Origin: Phoronis australis
Taxonomy: Eukaryota > Animalia > Phoronida
Length of the DNA stretch: 64,000 nucleotides
Direction: 5' to 3'
NCBI GenBank assembly: GCA_002633005.1
Contig: NMRA01000058.1
Span: 163,585 to 227,584 of the forward strand
Numbering within the stretch: the first letter of the stretch is position 1; each line of letters opens with the position of its first letter. Made by a program: the position numbers and the translations under genes. Shown here one piece after another: positions 26,208 to 39,947 of this stretch. The notes under the pieces were generated by a model. The model was given only the letters and a program-made list of their open reading frames with translations. It had not been told where the DNA came from and did not search any database.

Positions 26208-27863
26208 CTACAAAAAAGAACAATTAGAGTAAGATCATTCATGAATAATTTTTAGCACATCATACATGTATGTACTAAATACCTAGTAGCACAACTTTTT
26301 AACCCATATTAGATGATCAGAACATGTTATAATGAAGCCATCAGTACCAACAGGTTAATCCTAATGAAATCCATTGGTGAAAAATCTTAACTTGTCACAA
26401 ACTGGATCCTAGTGATACTCTGTCATTTTAGATTTGCCATACTGAGTCGAATGTGAGATATTTTAAAGCCCTAGTAGCACACATTTTTAAACCCTTATTA
26501 AATGGCTACTAGAGGAAAATATAAGGAACCACGCAGTACCTATTCCATAACCAATACACAATCCGTAGTCGAAGAAAGTTTAACTAAACGTGCCACTCAT
26601 GATTCTGACCCAAAGAACACAATGCAATTTTGAACTAACCGCAAAACTGCAAGTACAATTCATTCAGGAACCCAAGCTTAAGGACGTTGGCTGTGCGACT
26701 GGAGCAGTGTTTGTCACCAGCCTGCAAACGGGGATAAAATTATCGACAGTGGAACTTAACTTTAATTAGTAAAACCAAAATAGGAACAATTTGTACTGAA
26801 ATTGTTAACAAAATGTGGCAAAATACATTTTGACAGAAATTATTTTGCTAGACTCTGACCTCCAGCCGATGACCCAGTGCGGACCGATCGAGACCACTAC
26901 ACTGGCAAAAGATGAAGGCATACACCAGCTGTTTTATCAGAATAAATGGTTCAAATCATAAATGCCGTATACATACAAAGATAGTTTCATACACTTGCAT
27001 AAAATTACGGACTAGTCACAGTCCTGTGGCAACGATTGAGTAACAAGGCAGACTATTGCGGGCAGGGCTAAGCATATTTTATGGGTCTAATTAACTGTAG
27101 TAAACAAACAGCATAAACAGAACAACGAAGATGCAACTTCAAAATAATTGAATAAAATTGCTATACAGTTAGAATATCCTGACAGTTAAACTTGTGAAAA
27201 TATGGAAAATAAATTTAGATGGAAACTAAGATACTGGCAATGGTCTCCGACTTCCGTTACGGCTGACTAACAAAAAACAATGAAGGACAGAATACAATGG
27301 AAGTACTATTGAGTTAAAAGTAAAAGGAATAATTCCCACTTAGCCAAAAACATTCGTATAAGCTGCTACCCAGCGGAGCCGAACTGCCTGGCCTGCTGTG
27401 CGCGGACATCTGTGATGTGCTGGGCAAGATGAAAGCATTAATTTGCTGCCCGGGCCTTGAATGAGTGAAATTTCTGTGACAAAAAGATTAAAAAAATACT
27501 GTTTCATGCTCCTAACACTTATTTTCACATCGCCAACATTCAGCCCATTGACTATAATTCACTACACCCCACGTTTGCGGTGCGGAAATTTTATATTTAG
27601 ACAACAGAGGTATATATTGTAAGTTTTTGTCAGGTTTTAAAATGTATTTACCTAATATTTGAAAATCAAAGTCAATTTAGCAAGTGATTATTTTCCCAGC
27701 GAAGAGTCAAAGCAACTGCATGGGAATTACTTCGCCGGTTACTGAGTCTGGGCAGCAAAATCAAACACAGGGGTATGTTATTGCAATTGACATGTGGAGC
27801 TTGTTTTTGTTTGTTGCAGCATCTCACCGTTTGGATGTTTTTTCTATTTTACATTTCTAATGG

Positions 27864-28480
27864 CCAGTAAAGCCGGTGCCGATTTGCTGCCAAGTACGCA
27901 CTGCGCTCTCACGTCCGGGTAGTCACACGGTAATTGCTCACTTCAGGGTGATACTTTGCATGAGTTTCATGAAAAAGATAACACATTTGCTGACCAAGAA
28001 AGTTTTTTTCTCTAATTCATTACCTAAACGGGTACTGTTGCTGAAATTTGACGTACACTACCCTCGCGATGAGTTAGCGCTGACATCAGTAGCCGAGCCT
28101 TGGCTATGAGAGACGTCAGTACTTCACAAACTTATGATTCTGCATTAAATACCCTTCATCATATGCAAAGAACAGGTAAAACTTGAACAATAAACAATCA
28201 AGTTTGTCTTACACATATTTATTGTTTAATTATGTACTTTTCTTAACGATCAGTAAAGCTGGTGCCAATTTGCTGCCAATGCATTGCCGATAGTCACATG
28301 GCAATTGCTGGTACTTTTCTATCAGTTTCACATGTGATAAGGAAAATACATCTGCCTATCTAGAAAGGTTTTCCTTCAATTTATTACCAGAATGGGTACC
28401 GTTGCTGAAATTTAACGGACCCTTGCAATTAGTCAAAGCACCTCAGTACTCAGTAGTGTTGGCTGCGGGAGATGTGATGT
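27864..28480. repeat. Degenerate ~390-bp-period direct repeat (2 copies)
   Basis: CAGTAAAGCYGGTGCCRATTTGCTGCCAA and GGGTACYGTTGCTGAAATTT each recur about 365-390 bp apart. Confidence 0.6.
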
Positions 28481-30309
28481 ATTATGAATTGATTAAATAC
28501 AACACGTCAAATGCCAAGGACAATAGATGATCAAATTTGTATCAAAAGAACCAAAATTAGAATTAAAAACAATCAAATAAAACAACAATTCTTACACGCT
28601 TGTGTACATTTTGTAATCGTGAGTTTGAAGATCTTGTTCACTTGTATTGGTCTTGTACAACGGTTCAAAGTTTTTGGGTGGGTGTAAACAACCGGTGAAT
28701 CTCTCCAACTGAACTTACATGAGGTTTTGTTTGGCAGGTATGGTGCGGAACATGTTATTAATTTGGTTATACCTTTGGTCAAATATTATATTTGTAAAGC
28801 GAGATTAAACTCTAGTGTTCCATATTTGCAATTACTCAAAATAGATCTCTCTAAATACCACAAGCTTGAAAAAGTAATTGTTGATTAATAATTGTCATTA
28901 TGACTTATTCGTAGAAAGATGGAATCCTATGATTCATCTATTTGTTTAATTTTCGTCTGTGATAATATTCTGATCCCTGGTGTGCTTGCATGCCTGCGTG
29001 CGTGTACTGTAAAATATTTTGTTCAAATAAATACATTATACGAAAAAAACACTCTTATACACTCACGGTGATACCAATACGTTTTCAAGGACAACATGGT
29101 CGTCATTCAGGAATTGTTCCTTAACTGATACACAAGGAACAATGAATGGAAATAGACAGGAACAGTTGATGATTTTCTGATCATGGCCAAGATAAAAAAT
29201 TGTGCTAAAAAGGTTTTTAGTTGTAAGACAGAAAAGAGATAAACATTATACTGTTAATTTGGTACATATTTTCAAGTTTTTGATCTGGATTAACCCTAGG
29301 CTCTGAGATATGGACTTTATGGCTCAATGGCCCTATACATGAAATACTGCCTATAGCTGGAATTCTTCTAAAATATTATGTGAATGAAACATAACTTACC
29401 TGTTACAGAATGGTAAATGTCGACAGGCTATTAACCGTAACATAAAAAGTACTAAGAACAGACAAAAACAAATAACTTCAAATTTGGATCCAACCTTTTC
29501 AAAAGGGAAAATGAGTTACAGTTTCTCTTTTCCTTTTTGACGGTCACTTCAGAATGTAACTTCAGATTCATCAAAACTGTTATTTCAGGATTTGCCTAAA
29601 TAATTCATCAAACTTGCAGCACTTGAGCATCAATGCAGTTAATAATTATTTTATCTAATTTGTTAACTGTGAATGCTTATAGTACGGAAGAGACAAATAA
29701 ACCAAATTCATGCTGGGTACATATTGTTATTACAATTTGCTAGTATCAATTACAAAATGTCTTGTAATAAATAATAAAACACCACTTCCCATAATACACC
29801 TTAAATTTAGTGTTCTCCATGCTGAAGGGAATTACAAACATAAGGACTCAACAAATTTCAAAGGTTTTCAAGTCGCATACAGAGACTCGGTGCCTAATGA
29901 CTCTGGTGCCAACACTGATTCTTCATCACAGTCTTCTATTTCTCTCAAGAGAATGGAGCTGAGCAGGTCACAGATCAAACAGACACACAATAGGATAGGC
30001 TCTAAGTGTCACACAGAAAACTAAACTACCTGAAGCACAACAGAGTTTGTGTATAAAGATACTCAGACAAATGCTCAAGATTAACCAAGATGATGATTAC
30101 AAAACTTTAATAACAAGCTAAAGATTCTCAGGTGCAGCTAAAAACCAAAGCTTTCCTTTGTTACCAACATTTTCCACAATCTACCAAATATTTTTAGATT
30201 CTCAGGCACGTCATCGAATATCCAAGCCAAAACAACACTTAATGCAGGACACACAGACATACAACTTAGGCAAAGTGGATAAAATTAGGTTGACCCCAGC
30301 TTCACTTAC

Positions 30310-30377
30310 CTTGTGCGCAGCTCCAGCTTTGCAAACTGCTAGTGATACTCCCAGGATAGCATTGGCTCCCAGCTTGG
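30310..30377 (-). CDS. ENO: Enolase coding exon 4
   Basis: SKLGANAILGVSLAVCKAGAAHK; ttcag / gtaagt. Confidence 0.97.
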
Positions 30378-30430
30378 CTGAAAACAGCAAGAACCCAGCA
30401 ATACATAAAAAGTCAAAACTTCAAAACCAG

Positions 30431-30831
30431 GGCCCGGTCTCCAATCTTTTTACTCGAAATGAAACTCGAAATTAGGTTTGGCATTTTCTACTCTACTTTT
30501 GGGCGAACTCAAGATAAGTGTCTATTATTCTATGCTCGAGTACACAATAACTTGCGCAGATAATTTATTGCCCTTAGTGCACAGTTTGTAAACCCAATAT
30601 TAAAGCAATAAGTTCGAGTTTGAACTCGAAATTTCGAGTTTTTACTCTAGTTTGTAGCACGAATATAAGGGTCTTCAAGGGCAAACTTGAACTAAAAACT
30701 CCTATGCATAAACTATAATGTATTCGAGCACAGTCTGATAACCAATTATCTCAAGTTGGCACAAAAGGAGCAGAGAAATTGCCAAAAATAATTTCGAGTT
30801 CGTTTCGAGTACAAAGATTAGAGACCGGGCC
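30431..30831. mobile_element. PIF/Harbinger-type MITE
   Basis: CAG|GGCCCGGTCTCCAATCTTT...AAAGATTAGAGACCGGGCC|CAG; 3-bp TSD; palindromic body. Confidence 0.82.
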
Positions 30832-30971
30832 CAGAAAAGAGCTCTAGCGTAACACTTCACCACACCCAACTTCACAAGGTTTCCTTACAGTTTAAGCCCA
30901 GTTTACGCTTAGTCACTTTTCTGCAACACAACAGTTAAGAAATGGTCTGTCGCATAATATGGAGGTGTCAC

Positions 30972-32540
30972 CAGGGCTTGGAATGAAGAATGACAAAAAG
31001 AGGAAATGTTTACGGCCCTAAATACACATTTCAATCTAAACCATACCTCAACAGATCAAAACTTAGTGTGTTGTGTTGGCAAAACGCACTCATCTTAAGC
31101 AGTACCTGACATCTATTTCAGCAAAAACAATGAAGGCAATTAGATGCAACAAAAGATATTAATAAAGATAATGATGAAAAATTTGCAGTCTGAGTGGCAG
31201 GATCTTATTATTGATTTGCTGCAGGTAAACATATAAAATTATTTTCAATTCTTATAATCACGATACAAAATTACAAAAAAAATTGAAAATCGATCCATAG
31301 ATTATCTAGAAAGCCTGAAATGCATACACATTCAATTCCAACAAAAAATTTAATTCCAACGCAAATGGAAAAAGTCAAGATGAAAATCTGCATGTGGCTC
31401 ATACCCGAAATATTAGCATGGAAAAATGAAAGTCAAAAACAACATAATTTAAACTAAAGAATGCATCAATCACAATCCTAAATTGGCCAAACTTTTCAGT
31501 TTCAAATACTAATTATAGGAGTTAATTGTTCATAAGCGATGCTGGTGTAGAAGAAACTATGTGACATAAGAAATATTAGCAGGACACTGAAAATCATAGA
31601 CATCACATAGTGCTGAAAATTGTCTGGCAGAATTTGTAAATGGCTTAGAGCAATCAGATCATTCAGAATCTGTCACGTGATCACTTCTCTCGAACTGCAA
31701 AACTCGAGTCACAAAATAGAACACGAAAAATGTCAAAATAAATTGAAGTACACAAAAGGCAATTTAAAACGCATTGCAGTAACGAGAATAACATTTTGTA
31801 TCCCGTTTCGGTGGCACGTAGAAAATCGCACTCAGGCAGTCAGGCCTCACTTAGGAGCCAACGGCAACGGGCGTGCATGTGGGATGAAACAAAAGAATTT
31901 CATACATCACTGACATCCCACGATTCCAATCCAACAAATAACCGGTTACGGATGAATTTCCTTTCAGGAAGCGTTGTTATTTCTAGTGTTTCATCGTTTT
32001 CAGTTGGTCCTCCGACTCCAACTTAGTCCAAGGCGACTTGCCCACGCACTCCGTAATTGTTCCTTACAGAGCACAAACCTTAACTTATGTTGTTTGTGAA
32101 GACATTGACAGTTTCTTTTATCCACTTTTTCCACGAAATAGTATGTCTACTTCAGGGTCCACACATTTTTGACCAAAATCGCACTATTTGCCGCTGCCAT
32201 TTTATACCAAATGCAGACGCCATTGATGATCCACGCTATCCCAGGCACAGGCGCTTGAATTTTTCAGTTACTCGATTGCCTCTGACATGTTTCTTATATA
32301 TGGTTACGAGTCATCAGGAAATTAGAGCGCCTGTGATCCGCAATTACAATTTTCGTTCCTCCGAAACATAAAGAGCAGTTTCCGCTTTTCGAGTAGTCGG
32401 CAACTCCGCGGTGAGAAATCAATTTGCCTCGATAATTTTATGGCAAATCTGATTTTTTCGCGGAAGAATAATGAAGATATGTGGAGGGAATGAAAGAAAA
32501 TAGCGGAAATCCTTATTTCCGCAAAAAAATCCAAGCCTTG
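30972..32540 (+). mobile_element. Non-autonomous hAT-type element with 6-bp TSD
   Basis: TGTCAC|CAGGGCTTGGAATG...ATCCAAGCCTTG|TGTCAC; GCGGAA subterminal repeats shared with 21400-21586. Confidence 0.78.
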
Positions 32541-33555
32541 TGTCACACAACCCTGGAGCAATGAGATTTGCTGCAACTTGGATGTGAAGTCGCAGATAAA
32601 TTGTTAAGTGCGAACAGGCCTTGAAAGGGAAACGAAACCCTTTTTGATATTATGTTTGGTTTTAACACAGATCTCTGCTTATCTTAGAGACACGTTTTCC
32701 CGTATGTGTTGGTCATTTCTGTTTGCTCGATTACTATTGCAGCACGGAGAGTAAAGGCAATAGTCGGATATAACATGCCCGTACTTTAAGAACCAGGTTG
32801 ATGTCAGTTATTCAGAGGAGAAAACCTGTTCCCTAAATTCGGGCACATTATATCCGACCATTACCGAGAGTGAATGCATACCAATGTAACAGTAATAAAC
32901 ATGGAAAAATGCATGTCCAAGGCTACCCAGTAAAAGGTGACATCAAAATCGGTTGTTTTCCCCTTTAAGGACTACTGCAGTCAGCGAGCTGCAAACCCGA
33001 GCCGCCAGCCCCAAATGAACGATAGCTGCGCTATCAGCTCATGCCATGGCAAAACAACTGAATGAAATGGTGGGCAGTTCATCAATTGTGGTCTTATTTT
33101 AGGCCAGTACCACTTTATGCAACTTTGAATTTACCCCTTTGTCCGAGATTCCGACATAATCCCTATGCTGGTAAATCACCTGTGGCTCCCTCGACACGAA
33201 ATAATACATTACCAGGTCCTCATTTTTGTATTTAGAACAGACTTTGATATCAAGCTCCCAATCCTTCAGTATATTGGGACATACCTTCAAAGAGGATCAC
33301 TTTTAAAGCAAAAGGGGTCTACATGGAGAAAGTTTACTTTTGCTACAACCAATAATAATCACATTGGCCAGAAAATGAGACCTACATTAATTTTACAGAC
33401 CTACTCTTCATTCTGGGTGAAATTTTGATGGTTGCTACAAGTAGGAATCCCGTTATAGAATAGATCCTGTTGAAAAATCACCATTGCCATAAAGAAAATA
33501 TAAAAAAAATTTTGTTTCTAAGAATGGGTTCAGAGTCGTTTAGGATTAGACCTAC

Positions 33556-33684
33556 ATTTGTTCTCGGTTCCATCCAAGTCTAGCATCATCTTGTCAACCT
33601 CTGTCTGTTTAGTGACATCAATCTTCTTGTTGATCAGTGCAGGGGCAATCACATCATTGATATTCTTCACCGCAGTCAGGACCC
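33556..33684 (-). CDS. ENO: Enolase coding exon 3
   Basis: GVLTAVKNINDVIAPALINKKIDVTKQTEVDKMMLDLDGTENK; tacag / gtaggt. Confidence 0.97.
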
Positions 33685-34553
33685 CTGTAGAAAATATAGC
33701 AACAGTACGGTTACACAGGCTGTACACTATCCTATGATTGCATCGTATGTGGACAACAATATATTGTTGCAGGACAGTTGAACTTGAACATGTCATAAAT
33801 CTTGGCTCAGGGATTGCCACCCGATGGGCCAAGCAACATTCAAACAATTGACCTCTTCTGACTGCTTGAAGTACAAAGTTAATTGCCAGCTTATGATCCA
33901 AGAAGTCCTAACATTTTTTTACAAGCAGGCAGAGACCTGTAAGAATGGTACCATGCAGCCACAATAGCAGTAAACACTTGGAGAGCATGGCCGACCTACA
34001 ATGCCATAATCTTGGGGCCCATAAATTTACCAACAAAACAATCCACAAGCTGACATTTTGCACAAGGCCCATATGCTAACAGCAACAACTGAAGAATTTG
34101 GCAGCAGCCTTTCTTGAATTTCAACAACTGGGAATTTTAGTATGGCATCAAGTTCCAGGCAATACTGTCATGTGTCCATATGTAAATCTGCAGTGTTGTA
34201 GGATGAGCAAAATATAAGACTGATGTAAAGTTGTGATGGTTTACCACGGTTTCAAGATGTGTACAGCATCTCCATATTCTGAAACTTTGGGGAACATAGA
34301 GTTAATAGAAACCAGATTGGAGAACAAAAAACTTTCCAGCGAAAACATTAAGGTGGACTTCAGATTGAGAATATAGGAGGGCAATTCCATTTGTGACGGA
34401 CGTACAACCAGAGAACATTTTGATCAACTGTGAAAAAAATGTTCACCCTCGGAAAATGATTAATATATCAATTGATAGGTCTCACTGATAGCTTTCAAAG
34501 CATGAATAAAGTTTTCCCCCATCTTTTAATTTGACTGAGATAATTAGCTTTAA

Positions 34554-35712
34554 CCCTAATCCTGCGTTAAGCGAGGTCAGTCGACAAGCCAATTATCCTG
34601 TTAAAATGCGTGGGATGTACTCAATCGCCTATGATAAGCTACGGCTAGACTGCGCAAGGAGGGTGTACTCACCCCAGGACACTGGTGTTTTTCATTCAGA
34701 AATTGTGAAAGCCATGTATGCTGTTTATATATATGTGAGCATGCACATTCCACAGTTCATAGTTTCCTGTACATTTTTCTGATTTACAACATACGGCTGT
34801 GATGAGTTGTTGCCGAGATATTTGAAAGTTTACGCAAGTTTTATCTTGGCTGGTGCCAAACGTGGTAAGATGACTGTTGACCAGTTTCTTGAGGAAGTGT
34901 TCATGGACTCAGATAGTGAAAACGAGCTGAAATTGGCACTCAAAAGTGACAGTGACAGTGACTGGGAAACTAATACAACAGTCACAGGTAATGCAGATTC
35001 TATCGATTCGGATCTCAGTGCAATTTTGGAGGAGTTACCGTTCCCTGAAGCTGAACTTGGACGGGCCAACGAAGATGCTTGGCTCACGCCCTTCGTGCAT
35101 AATACAGAGCCTCTGAAACATGATGTAACTCATTCAGAACTAGATATTTCCGTGACTTTTTCACAGAATAGCTTTGTGTCCCTACCCATGTTTCAAGTTT
35201 TTGCACACCAAGGTGAACTTCAAAACAGACTTTAGCAAGCGACTACACCAGTCATAAATTTGTTATCGTGCAAAGTTGAGGTATGTTATATACTGTACAT
35301 TCTTGTTAGTAGATGTGATGTTACAGACAATAAATCTGCTTTATTAAACATGCAAGTCCCATGAATTCCCTTATGAAAATGCTTATTACGGTTTTTGAGT
35401 GTCAGCTATAATGTTCTCATGTGCGAAAACAGATAAAAACAAAGGGTGTCCAGTTTGAAAGTTTATATAATTATTTACACCAAGGCTATGGTAAAGATAT
35501 GTATATGGTGAAAATCTCCATTAAATTCTGAACAACTTTTGTGCAGACTACTTTTATGTGAAGTTGACATAACCCCTTCAAATTTCCAATTTAAAAATGT
35601 TAGGTAATTAATCTGAGTGACCTTCATAACAGCCCAGTGCACAGCAGCAGTGGTGACCTACTTAGCTCAGCACACAGGGAGTTGTCTGAATAGAGGCTTA
35701 GCAGGATAAGAG
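34554..35712 (+). mobile_element. Non-autonomous piggyBac-like element
   Basis: TTAA|CCCTAATCCTGC...GCAGGATAAGAG|TTAA; internal acidic ORF (34807-35235, DSDSE/SDSDSDWE) like piggyBac transposase N-termini. Confidence 0.75.
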
Positions 35713-36449
35713 TTAAAGGGGTGTGACAGACATAGGCAGAGAATTTGATTTTTTTTTTAAATTTTAATGTCAATTTTCTTTGAGTTGCATTAAGTTACAA
35801 TTTTATGTTTTACATGATGATTTAGTAGAATGTTTGCAAAGTACAACACACTAATTTTTTTGATGATATCTGCTAATAATTTTTGTCAGACAACTCGATA
35901 AAAGTTGAGTTAGTGTGACGGATGTACGCTCTTAATTTCTAGTATTAAATTGTTTGTTGTGACTAAGATATCAATTCAGAATGATTCAAACTTTTGCAGT
36001 ATTTAAGCTATATTGGTCTTTTGCTACTAATTCAATACCAAATGACCTTTTGCATGAAATCATCACAGGTAGGGCTATACCAGGAATATACTCTAGGACT
36101 TTAACTTTTCAATACATTTGATTAAAGATATAAATCAGGTGAATGCGCTTCTTTCTTGAAAACTAATACTATTCGGGGGTATTCATCCACCGCCAGTGTT
36201 TACCATTTATGCCTACTAGGTTGTCTGCTCAATCAATCTTCGGTGGCCACAGAAATCAAAGAAACAATGTAAATGTTGAATAATGTTCCTGAATTCAAAT
36301 GAAGTGAACGTGCTGCCTAGGCATTTTGAGCACACCTGAGTGCTGCCATTCACAAACTGCGAAACCACGACGACTGGACTGTGCGAGTTCTTTGCTTATT
36401 CTTCCCGTTAAAAGTACTTCTATTTTACAGGTAAATGGCCAAGACCTTT

Positions 36450-37478
36450 GATCACATCTGATTTAGGCCAGAACAGAAGCACAAACTTTAAAATTTGTGT
36501 TTCAGTAAATAACGACATATCTATCTAACGTTTCGGTTTATTACTCTAAACTATTTTCAAGGAAACAGTTCACAGACTCAAAACAGGCGACACAGGTAGA
36601 GAAGAGACTGTACAGGTACACGTCAAAATACATTGTGAGGGGGAGAGACCAGAAATCAAAACAGTTGGAGCTTAAATGAACCAATATTTCTATTGAGGTA
36701 ACGCTCAGCATGATTCAACCATATATGCATAGCCTCCTTTATGAGGAGCCTGAGAGTGGCATTATCCTTGTCTAGGATCTGAACACCAGAGCAATCTATA
36801 GTGTGACCAGTTATCAATGAATGATTGAGGACAGCACTGTGTGTGTCTTTACAGTGTTCTTTGACTCAGATGCTAAGAATCCTGTTGGTCATTGCAATGT
36901 AAAACTGTTCACAGTCACTACAGTCGAGTTGGTACACAACATGACTTCTTTGAGAATTACTCAATGGTGTTTTTAGTCTCAACAATGACAAGTCTGTTGA
37001 CAGGTTTGAAGATTGCTACGTGATGCAAACATGGAGTAATAGCTCCAAGCATTCTCTTAACTTGCCTCTCGACTTCACAACTACTGTTACCTATATAGGG
37101 GAGATTGAGAAATACTTTCTTCAATTCAGGCCCATGACAAACCTCCGCAGGTGTCCTGCATTGGTTACGTAAAAAGCTGTCAGTGCAAGATTTTATAAAT
37201 GTTTTAGGGTATCCATTTTGAATCAAGAGCAAAGAAGTTCCCCGTCAAACAAGTCAGAATTGCTACATATCTTAAAGGCCCGATTAATCAGACCATTGAC
37301 CAGACCAGTTTTGTGCTTTTTAGGAACAAAACTATCCCACTTGAGGTACAGACCTGAGAAAGTGGGTTTTCTATGATGTAGATAAGTCATTCTGATGGTG
37401 GATTAATACATCAAGAAAATAAACCGAAACGTGGGATAGATATGTCGTTATTTACTTACGCGCTAATTTTAAAATTCG
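36450..37478 (-). mobile_element. 5'-truncated Penelope-like retroelement (RT thumb + GIY-YIG remnant) with inverted partial pLTR
   Basis: Minus-strand peptides FLDVLI..RKPTFSGLYLKWDSFVP..INRAFKICS, NGYPK, LPYIG, VVYQLDCSDCEQFYI..EH..LLIKEA; flanked by 14-bp direct repeat TGGCCAAGACCTTT (36436-36449 / 37479-37492). Confidence 0.88.
36521..36566 (-). ncRNA. Penelope-associated minimal hammerhead ribozyme motif (variant core)
   Basis: Minus strand TTTCC-TTGAAAA-T-AGTTTA-gagtaa-TAAACC-GAAACGTT-AGATAG. Confidence 0.55.
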
Positions 37479-37769
37479 TGGCCAAGACCTTTATTTGAGC
37501 CTTTAGTGCAGATAGGTCCACTTTTGTCCACTTTTTTAAAAAGTGAACTGATGCCCATGCACTCTTACACCGGGGTTTTCAAATTCAATTGTAAACAAGT
37601 GTTCGGGGTGTCCCGCATCAGGTCAGGTGTTTACCTAAGTCAACCAAGATGACAGTCATTAATGAACTTGACAGAATATTTCAAAACTGGTGCCTGTATT
37701 AACCCTCATGCACTGTTCATGGCATGCTGAACAAAAACAGCAGACATAAAACACCTCTGCATCTACTTA

Positions 37770-38030
<261 letters not shown>

Positions 38031-38366
38031 TTAAAACAAACAGGTGAAAATAGGAGTCAACACAAACACAGGGCTTGCAAGCAATTACAGAAAATTGAGA
38101 CCAGGAGCGGAGAAACAAATTTTTATTCCGTTCTAATATACTAAGCTCTAATACAGAATTCTCTGGTAAATATCATTATAACTTTATTACATTTATACAT
38201 ACAGTCTAAATGGAAACTTACGGACAGTCATAAGATTTGGTGAAAGACCCCATTTAAACTCGGTATAAGACAATGTTGTAATACTACAGTATCATAGCAA
38301 AAGAGGCCTCTCAGTAAACCTTTATTACCTAACTCTTATTATAAATTTGATGCAAAACCTTCATAC

Positions 38367-38454
38367 CTTTTGGTGTGACAAGGTCAACCTCGACTGTTGG
38401 GTTACCGCGACTGTCAAATATTTGACGAGCAGCAATACGTGACACCCCAGACAT
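38367..38454 (-). CDS. ENO: Enolase coding exon 1 (ATG at 38454; acceptor 13 nt upstream implies a 5'-UTR intron)
   Basis: MSGVSRIAARQIFDSRGNPTVEVDLVTPK; ttttttcag acceptor at 38468-38470; donor gtatga. The ten exons sum to 1314 nt = 437 aa + stop. Confidence 0.96.
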
Positions 38455-39808
38455 GTTCAGGCAATGACTGAAAAAAAGAAATGAACAACCATAAAATAGT
38501 GATATTTTGGTTGGTCCAAAAGCACACAAGAAACTAGTGAAAACATTTGATAACTCAGGGAACAGTTTCTCGAAAAGTTACTCAAAACTGAAGAAAAAAA
38601 ATTGGACTTACAGTAACACTTTATGATTGAGGAATGAAAGTTTCTAAAGCCGAATAATTATAAAGACATCACAATCTGGAAATAATTTACAGAAATTATT
38701 TCAATAACTTAAACTTATGTGTATATTTGCAGAGACTTTGCATTTTTGCTTAAGTGAGATTAAACCATTTTTTTTGAAATAGTTGTGTGGAGCGTAAGCT
38801 CAAAGTTCTGACTTAAGTCTTAAGTACTTTTCTTGAAAGGCAGACAACAGATACCAGCCCAATCATGGTTACAAGCGAGACGAGAATGAGGGTACCATGC
38901 TCAACAAACATTTTTTGTAACTGATAACAGGTTTTACTTGTCAACAGTAAGGAACTTGGAATACAACTGTTGCGATCGTCAACATTATTCGTCCTTGATC
39001 TTTCTGTGGTGTCATGTCAGTTTTATGGTTCCTCTGATGTTTGTTTTATTTATACTGCTAGCGGGAGGCAGTTGGCAGTGTTTCAGCATGCGAGTACTTC
39101 TAGAAGCCTAGAACCTGTAGTAATATCACACATTTTAACGTCAAATTTCAGTTTTTGAAGGTACAGCAATTCTTCACCTATTTAGGAGTAAATATAGTGA
39201 ATAAGAGACTAACTTGATCAACCTTTTCAAAATAAACGTTCTCTAATTGATGCTACTCCGGTTGATGCGACTCAAATGCTATGTTTGAAATTTGAGAAAA
39301 ATGATGAATGACTCATTTTCGTCAGTGCTATGATTTGCTATGGCTTGCTATGGCTTCTAACAAAAATTGCTATAGTTAAAGCAAAAAAATGGTTGACACG
39401 AATATAATTTCTTGTGAACGTGATATTCTCTGATTGTGTGGTGTCGTGCAGAGCTCTCTTTGTTCATCTCTGTGTGTGTTGTTTTCATGGTAAGCCTGAA
39501 AATTAGTCACATGACTCTGGGCACAGCTTCGAATGCTCTCTTGGATGTGAGACCTCTGGTCTGTCAAGACATACGTTTCCCAGAGTCCTAGCTTGAGTCA
39601 AGTTAAGTGTTACCTATGTGAGGTCCAACAGGCAACATGTAACCCCTCGGTCGGCTGGTTAAGGGCTACAATTCCCATCACTTTCTGTACTAATTTCGTT
39701 CTGTGTATTTTAAACGGATGGTAGGCGAAATCCGCTCACCAATTAAGAGTTTTCACCTCGTCAAAATTACGTTCTGTACTTAAAACTATCACTTAAAAAA
39801 GCGTTTAC

Positions 39809-39947
39809 TTTCTACACGTCTTCAAGGAAGCATAGCTACAAGAATTAACGTGATTTTGGCAAAGAACTCTAAGTTTCTAACCCCACTTTTTTGGTCACCA
39901 TTAACTTTTTCACTGTGCACGCGATAACCATAAAGTATTTCAACTGA
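39809..39947 (-). promoter_or_regulatory. Candidate enolase initiator and non-coding first exon
   Basis: Minus-strand TCAGTT Inr-like motif (39942-39947) overlapping TGACTCA, and an AAA|GTAAAC donor at 39808. Inference only. Confidence 0.3.
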
